The notes under the pieces are model-generated. The model saw nothing but the letters and a program-made list of their open reading frames with translations, was not told the DNA's origin and ran no database searches. Position numbers and translations under genes: made by a program. From Candidatus Pacearchaeota archaeon UBA73 (GTDB lineage: Archaea; Nanobdellota; Nanobdellia; Pacearchaeales; GW2011-AR1), in the NCBI GenBank assembly GCA_002496015.1, contig DAIF01000004.1, forward strand, positions 26,196 through 90,195: a stretch of 64,000 nucleotides of DNA. The letters run 5' to 3'. How positions within the stretch are numbered: the first letter of the stretch is position 1; every line of letters begins with the position of its first letter. Below, in pieces: positions 25,315 to 35,594 of the stretch.

Positions 25315-26412
25315 AACTTTTTTCTTCTTTAAACTTTCATATGCGAGAATGTAAGCTCCGGCATTCCACGCTTGTATGCCTCCCTCGCTCGCCTCTCCCG
25401 TCTTGCCTTGTATCCACTCGCTGAAATTCCAGTCCCGGAGTTTATTTCCCTCAGCAACTTTCTCCAGCGCCTTCTCCGCCTCCATGAACCTACCCACTTT
25501 CAATAAAGCCAAAACATAAAATGCCCCGATGTAAGGCCAGACTCCTCCATTCAGATAAGAATAAGGATTCCGCGCGTCGCAATCCTCAAAGTAATCGTGC
25601 CATTCTTTGCTCCCCTTCTCAATCGCCGGCGAAATTGCTTTCAATGGATATGGTTTGTTTATCTTCTCATTTTCAATGTGCTTCAGGATTTTTGCAGCGT
25701 GCCCCGGCTCTGCCAGTCCAAAAACAATAGCAAGAATATTGCCTAACGAATCAAACCAATCACCCATCTCTTTATACTGCCTATGATTCTTCCAGCGATA
25801 TGGTACATAAAATTCTCCATTCCAAAGTCCGTCGTCTTTATCTTCATTTACAACTTTCTTCAGCGCGCGCCCCTCGCTGGCTCGCCCTTCAAGCAACAAG
25901 ACATAATAATAAAGCGCCTGCGTGTTGATTGTATATCCATAACGGTGCGGAAAAGCATCCTGCCAATCAGAAGTCGGGAGCTGTGTTAACATTCCAATTT
26001 CCCCGGTATCCTGAGCCGCCAGCCATCTCATCGCCCCTTCGATATTTCTCCGGTATTTCTTTAACAGCTTTCCATCAAATCTTTCCTTGTAAACATGATG
26101 TCCTATAACATACCAAAGCGACGAGTCAATTGTCTTAAAATCAACGTGCGGCTTCCGCTCGCTCCATTTGTCAACGCAGTTCGGAATCTGCCCATTCTTG
26201 CTCTGATGTTCACCAAGAGTGATCAGACTCTGCTTAAAAGCCTCTTTAAATCTCTCCCCAACTAAACTTGCACCAAACGAAGAAATCATCGAATCGCGAC
26301 TCCAAACCGCCGTGTATCCGTCCACGCCTCCCGATGCGTAAAAACCATGCGGCGTGCTAACCTTTTCCAAAACTTCTATCGCTTTCTCATATGCCTCTTT
26401 TTTTAAATCCAT
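25303..26412 (-). CDS. (alpha/alpha)6-barrel glycoside hydrolase, GDE_C / amylo-alpha-1,6-glucosidase-like
   Basis: YTAVWSRDSMIS, NGQIPN and TSDWQDAFPHRYGYTINTQALYYYVL match the GDE_C-type motif pattern. Confidence 0.65.
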   Translation of the reverse strand: MDLKKEAYEKAIEVLEKVSTPHGFYASGGVDGYTAVWSRDSMISSFGASLVGERFKEAFKQSLITLGEHQSKNGQIPNCVDKWSERKPHVDFKTIDSSLWYVIGHHVYKERFDGKLLKKYRRNIEGAMRWLAAQDTGEIGMLTQLPTSDWQDAFPHRYGYTINTQALYYYVLLLEGRASEGRALKKVVNEDKDDGLWNGEFYVPYRWKNHRQYKEMGDWFDSLGNILAIVFGLAEPGHAAKILKHIENEKINKPYPLKAISPAIEKGSKEWHDYFEDCDARNPYSYLNGGVWPYIGAFYVLALLKVGRFMEAEKALEKVAEGNKLRDWNFSEWIQGKTGEASEGGIQAWNAGAYILAYESLKKKKVLLL

Positions 26413-26432
26413 TTTATCTTAGTTATACTATC

Positions 26433-26894
26433 TCACCTCAGCGTGTCTGTTAGCGTTGCGCTCATAGACGAAGGAAAAGTCACAATGGCTATTCTCTTAA
26501 GTGCCAAGATAATATCGGAAGACCACGGCGCCCTTTGTATTAGTGTAAGTATGGTTGCTACAACTGCAAACGATAGAATATATGTCCCAGCAACTCTCTT
26601 TACGAATTCGTCTTGATGTTCCTTTCTGTCCCCCCCTTTCTGGTGATGATGGTGATGATAGTGATGATATGTGAAAAGTGATATGAACAATAACGAAAGG
26701 GCGACTAGTCCAAGAATATTTAATGTAGGAAGCGTTCCTCCCAAGTGCCATGTCTCTTCAGTGAACCCAATGGGAACTGCTAATATGCTCGCCCCCACCA
26801 CCACCTGAAGAAGATCTTTCCGTTTAAAGTGTGGAATAATTGGGTCTACAATATCATGAAATATCCGTCCCTTATATCCTCTTTTATGAACCAT
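26433..26894 (-). CDS. Integral membrane protein (DUF2391-like) with a His-rich loop
   Basis: About 4 TM segments. Loop YHHYHHHHHQKGGDRKEH. The family call is tentative. Confidence 0.4.
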   Translation of the reverse strand: MVHKRGYKGRIFHDIVDPIIPHFKRKDLLQVVVGASILAVPIGFTEETWHLGGTLPTLNILGLVALSLLFISLFTYHHYHHHHHQKGGDRKEHQDEFVKRVAGTYILSFAVVATILTLIQRAPWSSDIILALKRIAIVTFPSSMSATLTDTLR

Positions 26895-26967
26895 TCAAAT
26901 CTACCTATCAAAACCCACTTATAAATTTTTGTATAAACTTATAAATACCAGTATTCTTTCTGCAAAT

Positions 26968-28050
26968 ATGACATCAATTCCAAAGCTCCTCCTCACACCG
27001 AAGGACATTGAACCCTCTTTCCCCGACTGGGAAGTAAAAGGCGTTTTAAATCCGGGAGGCATAAGAGCAAAAGACGGGAAAATTGTTCTGTATGCGCGCG
27101 TAGCCGAAGCTCCGATTTACAAAGAAGCCGACCATTACAACTGCCCTGTCATCGTTTCAGAAAACGAATATGAAGCTTCATCAGAAACCGTGCATAAAAG
27201 AGTCATCGCTAAGATTGATGCGAACACGCCCAACGTGATTTTTCTTAAGGACAAGATATGCAAACTTACTACTATTTCTCATCTAAGAAAAGTCGTTCTT
27301 GACAAATCTGGATACAAAATTGAATACATAGACCCTCTCCCGACTTTTGTCGGCCGCCCCATCACAAGCGAATATGGCGTTGAAGACGGCCGCATAACCA
27401 AGATAAATGATACCTACTACATGACTTACGTTGCAGTCTCAGACCGCGACGGCGTCTCAACATCTCTTGCAGAATCAAAGGACCTGACTGTCTGGACGCG
27501 CTACGGACTTATCTTTCAGGAGCAGAACAAAGACGCAGTTCTCTTTCCGGAAAAAATAAACGGTCTTTACGTCGCGCTCAACCGCCCGGAAAGTTCTTTC
27601 GTCTTTTCAAAATCCAACATTTGGATTTCCTACTCTCCGGATTTAATCTTCTGGGGAAAAGAAAAGTCTCTTCTCGACGCCCGCAAAAATTCATGGGAGA
27701 CAGAAAGAAACGGCGCCGGACCTCCTCCAATAAAAACAAAAAAAGGCTGGCTAATAATTTATCACGGAGTCTGCCTGAAGGATGGTAAAGCGCGTTACAG
27801 CGCAGGCGCCGCCCTCTTGGACTTAAAAAATCCGGAAAAGATTCTTGCCCGCACACCAATAGATAAGCCTCTTCTGATTCCAAAATATAGTTTCGAAAAA
27901 AAGGGATTCATGAACAATGTAGTCTTTCCAACAACCGCAATACCAAAAAATGAAAAAGAACTCCTACTCTACTCCGGCGGCGCTGACGACGTCATAACAG
28001 TAAGAACCCTCACGTTCAAAGAAATATTCGGGAACATGGAGCCAGTGTAA
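26968..28050 (+). CDS. GH130-family glycoside phosphorylase/hydrolase (beta-mannoside type)
   Basis: VLNPGGIRAKDGKIVLYARV and GVEDGRITKINDTYYMTYVAVS match GH130 (DUF377) motifs. ATG at 26968. Confidence 0.8.
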   Translation: MTSIPKLLLTPKDIEPSFPDWEVKGVLNPGGIRAKDGKIVLYARVAEAPIYKEADHYNCPVIVSENEYEASSETVHKRVIAKIDANTPNVIFLKDKICKLTTISHLRKVVLDKSGYKIEYIDPLPTFVGRPITSEYGVEDGRITKINDTYYMTYVAVSDRDGVSTSLAESKDLTVWTRYGLIFQEQNKDAVLFPEKINGLYVALNRPESSFVFSKSNIWISYSPDLIFWGKEKSLLDARKNSWETERNGAGPPPIKTKKGWLIIYHGVCLKDGKARYSAGAALLDLKNPEKILARTPIDKPLLIPKYSFEKKGFMNNVVFPTTAIPKNEKELLLYSGGADDVITVRTLTFKEIFGNMEPV

Positions 28051-28085
28051 AAAAAGTTTAAATAACTCTTTGTTTTCATGCAGCA

Positions 28086-29228
28086 ATGAAGTTAATGATT
28101 CTTTATCCTTACGAATACGAGTTCTCAGCTCTGACAATTCAGGCGAGATTGTTGGAAAAAGGGCTCCGGGAATTATCTCACGAAGTGATTTGTTTGTGCG
28201 CCGGACACACCTTCTCAAAAGAATTGGAGTATTGCTCCTTCAACCCCGATTTAATAATAGGTATAGGTTTTTGGGGAGACATTCCCAGATTAATCCACGA
28301 ACCAATGAAACGGGGATTCAAGGCAATTCCTTGGTTCAATGCAAATGGTTGGGTCGCAAACTATCACGAAACGCTCAACAGTCTGCCTCTTGTTTTAGTC
28401 ACATCAGATTGGGTAAAGAATACATACATTCGCGACGGCGTCAAGCCGAACAACATCCATCCGGTTCACATAGGAATAGATGCTGATCTCTTCAGACCCT
28501 TATCAAAAGATAACCCCAAAGTCTCCAAGGTGAAAGAAATGTTCGGCATAAAAGAAGATGAAAAGATGATTCTTACTGTCGGCGGCGACGTTACAAGCAA
28601 AGGCGCTCAGGAAATTTTTCACGCGCTGGCAAAAATAAAAGATAAACTGTCAAAATGGAAATACGTCTGCAAAAGTTGGCCGTCGGATAATATGAAAATA
28701 TGGCACTCAAAAGAACTTCAGCTTGTGAACGAGTTGGACATTGCAGAAAAAGTAATATTCCACGACGAAATAATGCACCACGCATATATGCCCTACTTGT
28801 TGAATGCCTGCGACATTTACGCCGCACCATCTCGCCTCGAGGGCTTCGGCATGATTCACGTCGAAGCAATGGCTTGTGGCAAGCCCGTAATATCCATGAA
28901 AGCAATGGGTCCCTCTGAAACCATCCTTCACGAAAAAACCGGATTCCTCGCAGACATTGCTCATGAAGTAAAGCTTGACAGCGAATGGGTATATCCCAGC
29001 ATGGGTTTTGAAAAAAAACATCAAATAGAATTTCCTGTTTCAAAAACATTTGAATACCGCGCCAATGTAGATCAGCTAGCAGACTTCTTCCTGCGCCTGA
29101 CTCAGGACGATGACCTGCGTAAAAAAATAGGGCAAGCCGCAAGGCAACACGTCACGGAAAATCTTAACTACAAGGTAACTGCAAAGAGAGTGATTGAGCT
29201 GATTGAGAAATTTGCTTTTCAGAGATAA
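28086..29228 (+). CDS. GT4-family glycosyltransferase (paralogue 2)
   Basis: Roughly half of its residues are identical to the 23485-24693 product by eye (GIGFWGD, GGDVTSKGAQE, NACDIYAAPSR, EVKLDSEWV, YRANV.QLA). Confidence 0.85.
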   Translation: MKLMILYPYEYEFSALTIQARLLEKGLRELSHEVICLCAGHTFSKELEYCSFNPDLIIGIGFWGDIPRLIHEPMKRGFKAIPWFNANGWVANYHETLNSLPLVLVTSDWVKNTYIRDGVKPNNIHPVHIGIDADLFRPLSKDNPKVSKVKEMFGIKEDEKMILTVGGDVTSKGAQEIFHALAKIKDKLSKWKYVCKSWPSDNMKIWHSKELQLVNELDIAEKVIFHDEIMHHAYMPYLLNACDIYAAPSRLEGFGMIHVEAMACGKPVISMKAMGPSETILHEKTGFLADIAHEVKLDSEWVYPSMGFEKKHQIEFPVSKTFEYRANVDQLADFFLRLTQDDDLRKKIGQAARQHVTENLNYKVTAKRVIELIEKFAFQR

Positions 29229-29284
29229 GAAAGAGCTTTAACCCAGCAAGACATATCAAATTATGAAAAATACGATAAAGAGAC

Positions 29285-31486
29285 CTAAAGGTCCATCATG
29301 CTCAATCTCGCTAAAAGATATGCAATAGTTGACTCTGCACCTTGATTAAGATTGATAGTCCTCTCGCCAACCCCATCGTGACACCCGCCAGTCTTTTCGT
29401 TATAAACCACTTGCTTCAAGGTATTCTCTCCGGTAAACCACCTAAACGCCTGAAAAGCTTTTCTCCTAAATTCCTCCTCTTTAGTCGCCCTGTATGCCGT
29501 CACAAGGGTATCAACCATATAAGCCGCTTCAATCGGCTGCTGGTCATAATACTTCCTCTCACCATCTTTCTGATACCATCCATCCTGCCCAATTGGCACA
29601 AAAACATTCCCTTCAAAAGTCTTCTCAATCAAGAACTTCAGGCTCTCATCCGCGATGTTCATATACTCATCATTTCCAGTAGCCAAGTATGCGTAATAAA
29701 GGGCCTCTGAAATTTTGCTGTTCCCATAAGTCATGTACTTCTCAAACCATCTCCACTGTTCACTCCAATTGTCTGCATAAATACTGACCAAATGATCTGC
29801 AAACATAGTTATCTGCTCCTTTACGCCTCTGAATCGGTTCAACTTACCATGATGATACAGCCCCAGTATAATAAAGGCCACAGCTCTAGGTGACTTAACA
29901 TTCTCCACCGCCACCAGAGCCTTATCAAACATCTCCTCTGCCTCTCTCTTGAAATCTGCTGGAATGTGTGGTGCACTAATTAAATAACCTAATGCCCAAA
30001 GCGCCCGCCCTTGAGCATCTTCTATCCATGCGCCCTTATCAACCTCTTTATGCTGATTAACAAAATTGTACAACTTCCCATCTTTCCCCAGTACATACTT
30101 GAAATAATTAAGATACGTTCTTATCAGATTCAATTGCTTAAATTCATGAAATCTCTCGTAGTGCTTTACACAGACTATTAACGCTCTGGCATTATCGTCA
30201 AGCGTATATCCTGATGTTACGTCTGGAACCCACTGCTTTGAGAATTGTATCACTCCAAAATTATCAGTCAATCTTGTAAGATGTGAGGTGTTAACCTTCG
30301 GCAGCACGCGCGCCTCTTCAGACTCAACGTGAACATGGCTGTCGAATAATCCGCAATATTTGAAAGCGACATTTGGCCAAGTCATCTCCCGCGTCTCGTG
30401 ATATGCGTGGCTCTCCATGCTCTTTCGTTTTTCTGGATCGTTTAGTATTTCAATTATTGCTTTTGAAAATGATGCAGGATTATCAAACTCAGCGAGCAAG
30501 CCTTTGTTTGGCGTGACAATGTCCTTTGCGTGCAAAAATGGCGTCGAAACAACCGCTCTCCCGCAGCCCATCGAATAGACTAGTGTGCCGGAGGTTATCT
30601 GGTCAGGATTCTGGCTTGGTGAGATATAGATGTCTGCGGCTTTGACATATAATATAATTTCATCCAACGTCAGATACTTGTTGTAAAATTTTACGTTATT
30701 CTCAAGCTTTAGATGCTTTATCCTTCTAATAAGCCCATTTCTGTATTCCTCCCCTGAGGTCTTTCTCACAACAGGATGCGTTTCCCCAACAATAAGATAG
30801 ACAAGGTCAGGAAACTTCTCGACAACAGAAGGCAATGAATCTATTACATCTTCATATCCCTTTCCCGGCCCAATCATTCCAAACGAACAAATCACCGGCT
30901 TGCCAGGATAACCTATTCTCACCTTGGCTTTGGTCTGGTCTTCAAACGAGGTTGTTGGAATTCCATGCGGAATCATATGTATCCTATTCTCCAGCCCATA
31001 TGTCTCTCTTAATATGCTCACTCCAGTCTTAGTCATGACAATAAAACCTTCAACGTGCTTAGCTATTTCTCTCACCACCTTCAGCAGCTTATCATTCGGA
31101 TTAGGCAGCACGCTATGGAATGTCACGACAATTGGCTTCTTGATTTTCTCAAGAAACATCAACAGATGATCTCCCCACTCCCCTCCAAAAATCCCAAATT
31201 CGTGTTGTATGCAAATTAACTTTACATCTGTCCTTCGGTTTATTTCCTCCGCAACCTCAATGTAATCGTTCAAATCAGAATCGCTTATTTCATACTGGAC
31301 CTTTTTAGGGTAGTTGTAAATACTGACGCCATTATGATTAAGTGCAATGATGCCAGTATCAATAACTTGCGACAGCCGATGATCGACTGCAGTTACAAGA
31401 TCCTTCGTGAATGTAGCGATGCCGCATTCCCTTGGTGGGTAAGTACCCATAAAGAGAATCGTATCTCTACCACCCCCCTCTTTCAT
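29285..31486 (-). CDS. Fusion protein: N-terminal GT4 glycosyltransferase plus a C-terminal (alpha/alpha)6-like domain
   Basis: N-terminus LFMGTYPPRECGIATFTKDL and the GT4 core to about residue 390. The C-terminal region of about 340 aa is helical-repeat (DDNARALIV...DAQGRALWALGYL). Confidence 0.8.
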   Translation of the reverse strand: MKEGGGRDTILFMGTYPPRECGIATFTKDLVTAVDHRLSQVIDTGIIALNHNGVSIYNYPKKVQYEISDSDLNDYIEVAEEINRRTDVKLICIQHEFGIFGGEWGDHLLMFLEKIKKPIVVTFHSVLPNPNDKLLKVVREIAKHVEGFIVMTKTGVSILRETYGLENRIHMIPHGIPTTSFEDQTKAKVRIGYPGKPVICSFGMIGPGKGYEDVIDSLPSVVEKFPDLVYLIVGETHPVVRKTSGEEYRNGLIRRIKHLKLENNVKFYNKYLTLDEIILYVKAADIYISPSQNPDQITSGTLVYSMGCGRAVVSTPFLHAKDIVTPNKGLLAEFDNPASFSKAIIEILNDPEKRKSMESHAYHETREMTWPNVAFKYCGLFDSHVHVESEEARVLPKVNTSHLTRLTDNFGVIQFSKQWVPDVTSGYTLDDNARALIVCVKHYERFHEFKQLNLIRTYLNYFKYVLGKDGKLYNFVNQHKEVDKGAWIEDAQGRALWALGYLISAPHIPADFKREAEEMFDKALVAVENVKSPRAVAFIILGLYHHGKLNRFRGVKEQITMFADHLVSIYADNWSEQWRWFEKYMTYGNSKISEALYYAYLATGNDEYMNIADESLKFLIEKTFEGNVFVPIGQDGWYQKDGERKYYDQQPIEAAYMVDTLVTAYRATKEEEFRRKAFQAFRWFTGENTLKQVVYNEKTGGCHDGVGERTINLNQGAESTIAYLLARLSMMDL

Positions 31487-31494
31487 CCATCTAA

Positions 31495-32583
31495 TTAGAC
31501 TTTAGATTTTAAAAATCTTTTCCTGCCCAAGATTTGCCCGACGACAAATCGTCTTGGCAGTCGTTTTTTTATCTCCTCAATCCCGACTCTATACGCCCTG
31601 ACGAACGAGTCATTAACATGTGAATACACTAAAATATGTCCCTCATCAAGCGCAAAAACCTCGCTGGCAAAAGTTATTGTTGTAGCCTCAGGGTCCTCAA
31701 TCAGATGTCTCGAGTCTACCCAAGGGATTTCCCCTGTCTCTGGATTATAAAGCGCTAGCCCTGGCCTGAACTTCCCATACATTTTCTTCCCTTTTCTCAC
31801 AGCATTCTTAGCTCTTCCATTGATAAGCAAAACTCTCAGCCCTCTTCTTAGCTTAATCATATCTTCAGATAAAATCCTGCACGGCGATACATGCCCCCCA
31901 TACCAAGAATGTTCTATTTCATTAGGGCGCAGGGATATTTTTTCAAAGCCCCACCTCTTACCAAACTCACTCGCCCGTATACAAGCAATCACCGAACAGC
32001 CAAACTCCTCTCCCTTTTCAATTCCTTCCACCAAATGAAACCAATGCCCTTCGACCCTATTTGGAGTAGGAGCCAACTCCTTAAATCCCATAAATTTCCC
32101 TTCAATCGGTCCAAGCAGAGGATTCGTCGCTCTCAGATTTTCAAGACTCTTCCCAAAAGCGTGCCCAAGAAAAACATCATATTCCTTACCGTTCAAATAG
32201 CTATAAGCAATCGTAAAATAAACATGCAAAACCCCTTCCTCATCAACAACAATGTCAGGGTCTTCAAACCCTATAAACCTAGTGTTATCTTTCTGAAATT
32301 TCTCAACAACATCGTCAATATTCTCTATCTTTAAATCTCCGATAACTTTCCACTTTAACAAATCATTACTCTCAACAATAACAAGCTTGCTCAAATCCAT
32401 AAACCCCGGAACATCTTCGCTCCCCTCCCGATTTGTAACTTGTCTTGCTAACCCCCTGAATAATCTATTTGTGCCCGGCTGCAGACAAAGCGCCATGAAC
32501 CTCTCGCCTTCGACGACTTTGACATTCCCTAGACACGGCTTCTCAAACATTTCAACTCCCTGCGAAATTTTCTTCCAGACCAT
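31495..32583 (-). CDS. Putative beta-propeller glycosidase/phosphorylase-like protein
   Basis: FEDPDIVVDEEGVLHVYFT and the beta-rich pattern resemble GH130/GH43-type propellers. Weak call. Confidence 0.4.
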   Translation of the reverse strand: MVWKKISQGVEMFEKPCLGNVKVVEGERFMALCLQPGTNRLFRGLARQVTNREGSEDVPGFMDLSKLVIVESNDLLKWKVIGDLKIENIDDVVEKFQKDNTRFIGFEDPDIVVDEEGVLHVYFTIAYSYLNGKEYDVFLGHAFGKSLENLRATNPLLGPIEGKFMGFKELAPTPNRVEGHWFHLVEGIEKGEEFGCSVIACIRASEFGKRWGFEKISLRPNEIEHSWYGGHVSPCRILSEDMIKLRRGLRVLLINGRAKNAVRKGKKMYGKFRPGLALYNPETGEIPWVDSRHLIEDPEATTITFASEVFALDEGHILVYSHVNDSFVRAYRVGIEEIKKRLPRRFVVGQILGRKRFLKSKV

Positions 32584-33708
32584 CTACTTACCTCTTCTCT
32601 CGAATGTGAAAAACAAAAAGAACAAGCTCGCAATTCCCGCCATAACAAATGCCCAAGTGAACTTGTCAGCCACCAAAATCAGGATTATCCATAAGCTCGC
32701 CCTGCCGATGTAAGTAGGTATCTCTCTAAACCATACAAACTCATCCACATCTTTATTCTCTGCTGCTTTGTCATAAAATATTGCATTAAATGACAGACTC
32801 AACATTATAGCAAAGAATCCTGCAGCAAGACTTGTGGCATATAACAAGAATACCGAATCAGTGTACAATCTAAGCATCCAAACTGCCGCATATAAAACCG
32901 CTCCCAGTTTCATCAGGAAATACTTGCTTTTCCTATCGTGGAACCTCCCAACAAACAAGGTAAATGCGATTGAGCCAGCTCCAACGACAAAAGATATCTG
33001 TCCCACAGAAATAAAATTCTTCAGAGCGAGAAAAATAAAAATCGGCCAGATGATACCCTCGACTTCACTCTTTATGCTATCAAATATCTCGCCGGCAAAA
33101 TATCTTTTGTGATCCTTCGCAAGAAGAACGACCCTCGCGGGTTTGAACTGAACTGTAGGTTTGATGTTCTTGAGCGTAAATAGGGGGATTATTGAAAGGA
33201 CAACAAATATTAAAGAAAACAAAAATAACAAGGAAAATCCTAGGTATGTTGCAATAACTCCCCCTACAATCGGCCCGACGAGACCCGCGAACTGTCCGAC
33301 AGAGATAAGGTGGCTCAACCTAGTCCCACGTTCACCAGTTTGCGTAAGGCGAGTAAAATACCCGTGGAGTGGAGTAAAATAAAATGCATCGTTTAATCCA
33401 ACAACTAAAGCGACAAGATAGACCGGAATCATAAGCGGTTCAAGATATTTAAGCATAAGGATAAACATTATCACAAATATAACGCTAGAGATTATCAATG
33501 GCTTGTAACCAACTTTTCTGGACAAGGTCATATTCACCGGAGTAAAAATAAAAGTCGTGGTGTGATGGATTAAAAAGTATAACAGGACTTCATTTAAAGA
33601 ATAATCGTGAGTCAAAAGATATATCGGAACAAAAATACCAAAAAGAGAAAACGCAATTCCCCGCAAAATCGAATTATAATAAATCGGATGCAATTCTTTA
33701 CTCATCAA
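32584..33708 (-). CDS. MFS-type transporter
   Basis: About 11-12 hydrophobic helices over 374 aa. ATGA overlap with the upstream cupin gene; abuts the downstream gene. Confidence 0.7.
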   Translation of the reverse strand: MMSKELHPIYYNSILRGIAFSLFGIFVPIYLLTHDYSLNEVLLYFLIHHTTTFIFTPVNMTLSRKVGYKPLIISSVIFVIMFILMLKYLEPLMIPVYLVALVVGLNDAFYFTPLHGYFTRLTQTGERGTRLSHLISVGQFAGLVGPIVGGVIATYLGFSLLFLFSLIFVVLSIIPLFTLKNIKPTVQFKPARVVLLAKDHKRYFAGEIFDSIKSEVEGIIWPIFIFLALKNFISVGQISFVVGAGSIAFTLFVGRFHDRKSKYFLMKLGAVLYAAVWMLRLYTDSVFLLYATSLAAGFFAIMLSLSFNAIFYDKAAENKDVDEFVWFREIPTYIGRASLWIILILVADKFTWAFVMAGIASLFFLFFTFERRGK

Positions 33709-34082
33709 ACTCTCCCATACTTATCCTCAACCCTGACAATATCTTTCTCATCAAACTTCCCAAAAGCAATCTCAAGAAATCTCACCGGCTTCGAAAGCGC
33801 CTCAATACTATGGATTGCTCCGCGCGGAATAACTACCTCATCATCTTTCTTCACAACAAAAGTCTTCTTCCCCAACGTAACGCGGGCAGGATTGTCCAGA
33901 AACCTCCAGAATTCCTTCCTTTTGTGGTGGTACTGCACGCTCAATTTTTGCTTTGGCTTTACTGTAATTATCTTTACAGTAGAAACCTCGTTCAGTGTGA
34001 ATCTCTCAAACTGCCCCCACGGCCTGACCTCTCGCTTCAGCTTGCTGAGCGTTGAGCGCAGCGAACTTTTCTCTTTTTTCAT
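33705..34082 (-). CDS. Cupin-type mannose-6-phosphate isomerase (type II PMI C-terminal-domain-like)
   Basis: RPWGQFERF...VKIITVKPKQKLSVQYHHKRKEFW...IPRGAIHSIEA matches the PMI cupin motif pattern. Confidence 0.8.
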   Translation of the reverse strand: MKKEKSSLRSTLSKLKREVRPWGQFERFTLNEVSTVKIITVKPKQKLSVQYHHKRKEFWRFLDNPARVTLGKKTFVVKKDDEVVIPRGAIHSIEALSKPVRFLEIAFGKFDEKDIVRVEDKYGRV

Positions 34083-34127
34083 AGTTCATGGAGAAAATGC
34101 CTATTTAAATTATTATCGAAATTCCAT

Positions 34128-34610
34128 TTACCAATTATCATATCCTCTTTCCTTTGCAGAATACGGCCGATTCATTTTCCATGGCGGCGTTCTAAACATC
34201 GAATTCCAGCACACCTTAGCAGCCCCTCCAGCCAAGCAACCAATACCTCCTAAAAAAAGTAAGCCGGATAATATTTCTAAGCTAGTATTTCTTCCAAACA
34301 TATAAGATGTGACTGGACTTAGAATTAAAGGGGCTACAAATAATTCGCCCACCACTATTGCCGTCATAGAGCGCCTATAACTTCTTTCCAATTTTAAATG
34401 TTCTAGAGGATTAAACCCTTCAACATGGTTTCTCATGTCAATTAATTTATCAACTTTGGATGGATATTCTTCGAGATATCCTCGAGGAACCAACCTGACA
34501 AATTCTCGAATTTCGGTTTGGCTGTAATCAGCCGCCCTCAGGTTTTCTTCTAACCGTCGGAAATCTTTTCTTCTCTTAGCCCGAGCCATTAAACTCTTAT
34601 TAACTCTCAC
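34128..34610 (-). CDS. Hypothetical membrane protein
   Basis: 160-aa ORF with two C-terminal hydrophobic segments. Confidence 0.4.
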   Translation of the reverse strand: MRVNKSLMARAKRRKDFRRLEENLRAADYSQTEIREFVRLVPRGYLEEYPSKVDKLIDMRNHVEGFNPLEHLKLERSYRRSMTAIVVGELFVAPLILSPVTSYMFGRNTSLEILSGLLFLGGIGCLAGGAAKVCWNSMFRTPPWKMNRPYSAKERGYDNW

Positions 34611-34769
34611 AAGAAGGTTGCTATAACCTAATTTAAAAAATTATCTAGCATAATCCGCAGCTGGATTATTCTCCTTTTATGACGAATTGCCGAAAGTAGG
34701 TTCGAACAACTTTTTCAATAGCTCCCCAGTTTGCGTTAACCTTTTAAATTCTCCCAATAATGAAAACCC

Positions 34770-35108
34770 ATGAATAATGTAGAAATGACGCGATACTCTC
34801 CACAATCAGACAAGTTGCTCGAAGACAGTGCCGAAAGAGCATCGCTTTATCGCCAGCTCGACGCCGCAGCAAGAGGGACCATAGTGGACCTTTCTAAGGT
34901 AGCCTACATCTCGATGGAAGGTCTTAATATTTTGGTCATGGCGCAAAGGCGCGCTCAGAAATCTGGAAAAACTCTTGCAATTACCGGTATTCATAATGAC
35001 AATGTAATAAATACATTCAGGACGAAGAAACTGGATAGCTTTCTGGAGATTTACGAGACTCCAGAAAAAGCAGAAGAATCTATTACCCGTCGGGATAGGA
35101 ATCTTTAA
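34770..35108 (+). CDS. STAS-domain protein (anti-sigma-factor-antagonist-like)
   Basis: VDLSKVAYISMEGLNILVMAQRRAQKSGKTLAITGI fits the STAS/SpoIIAA pattern. Confidence 0.65.
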   Translation: MNNVEMTRYSPQSDKLLEDSAERASLYRQLDAAARGTIVDLSKVAYISMEGLNILVMAQRRAQKSGKTLAITGIHNDNVINTFRTKKLDSFLEIYETPEKAEESITRRDRNL

Positions 35109-35132
35109 ATTGTTTTATCTGTTTTTAATAAA

Positions 35133-35594
35133 ATGTTAAAGAGGACACATCTGGCGCTCGGAATTGCAATAGCATTTTATTTTCTCCCACACATCCAGAC
35201 CAATAAATTTATTTTCCTAGGAGTAGTTCTTTTGGCAAGCCTTCTCCCCGACATAGAATCTGGCTTTGCCGCCGCTCAGCGCTACTCTCTTTTCAGTCTT
35301 CAGCCGACCGAAAACGTTTACCATAAAAATCACCTCCTCCACACATATACTTTTCTTATTCTGATAACTATAGCGATTGCCATATACTATCCGGTTCTGG
35401 CTCTTCCGTTTTTTCTGGGCTATTCATTTCACCTGTTTATTGACAGCTTCTCGCCAAACGGTATCCGCCCCTTTTGGCCACTCAGACATCGCACCAAGGG
35501 AAAAATCGTTCCGAGCGGCGGCATAGATAAAATCTTGTTTGTCATATTTCTCGGCTTGGATGTCCTGTTAATAATGCGCTTTATATTAAGCTAG
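35133..35594 (+). CDS. Membrane-bound metal-dependent hydrolase (YdjM/DUF457-like)
   Basis: N-terminus RTHLALGIAIAFYF, LLPDIES, FHLFIDSFSPNG. Confidence 0.6.
   Translation: MLKRTHLALGIAIAFYFLPHIQTNKFIFLGVVLLASLLPDIESGFAAAQRYSLFSLQPTENVYHKNHLLHTYTFLILITIAIAIYYPVLALPFFLGYSFHLFIDSFSPNGIRPFWPLRHRTKGKIVPSGGIDKILFVIFLGLDVLLIMRFILS

Noticed and set aside
26640-26670. HHYHHHHH run as an engineered His-tag or cloning artefact
   Set aside because: It is internal to a predicted loop of a native-looking membrane protein, it is interrupted by Tyr, and there is no vector-like flanking sequence. A natural metal-binding loop is more likely.
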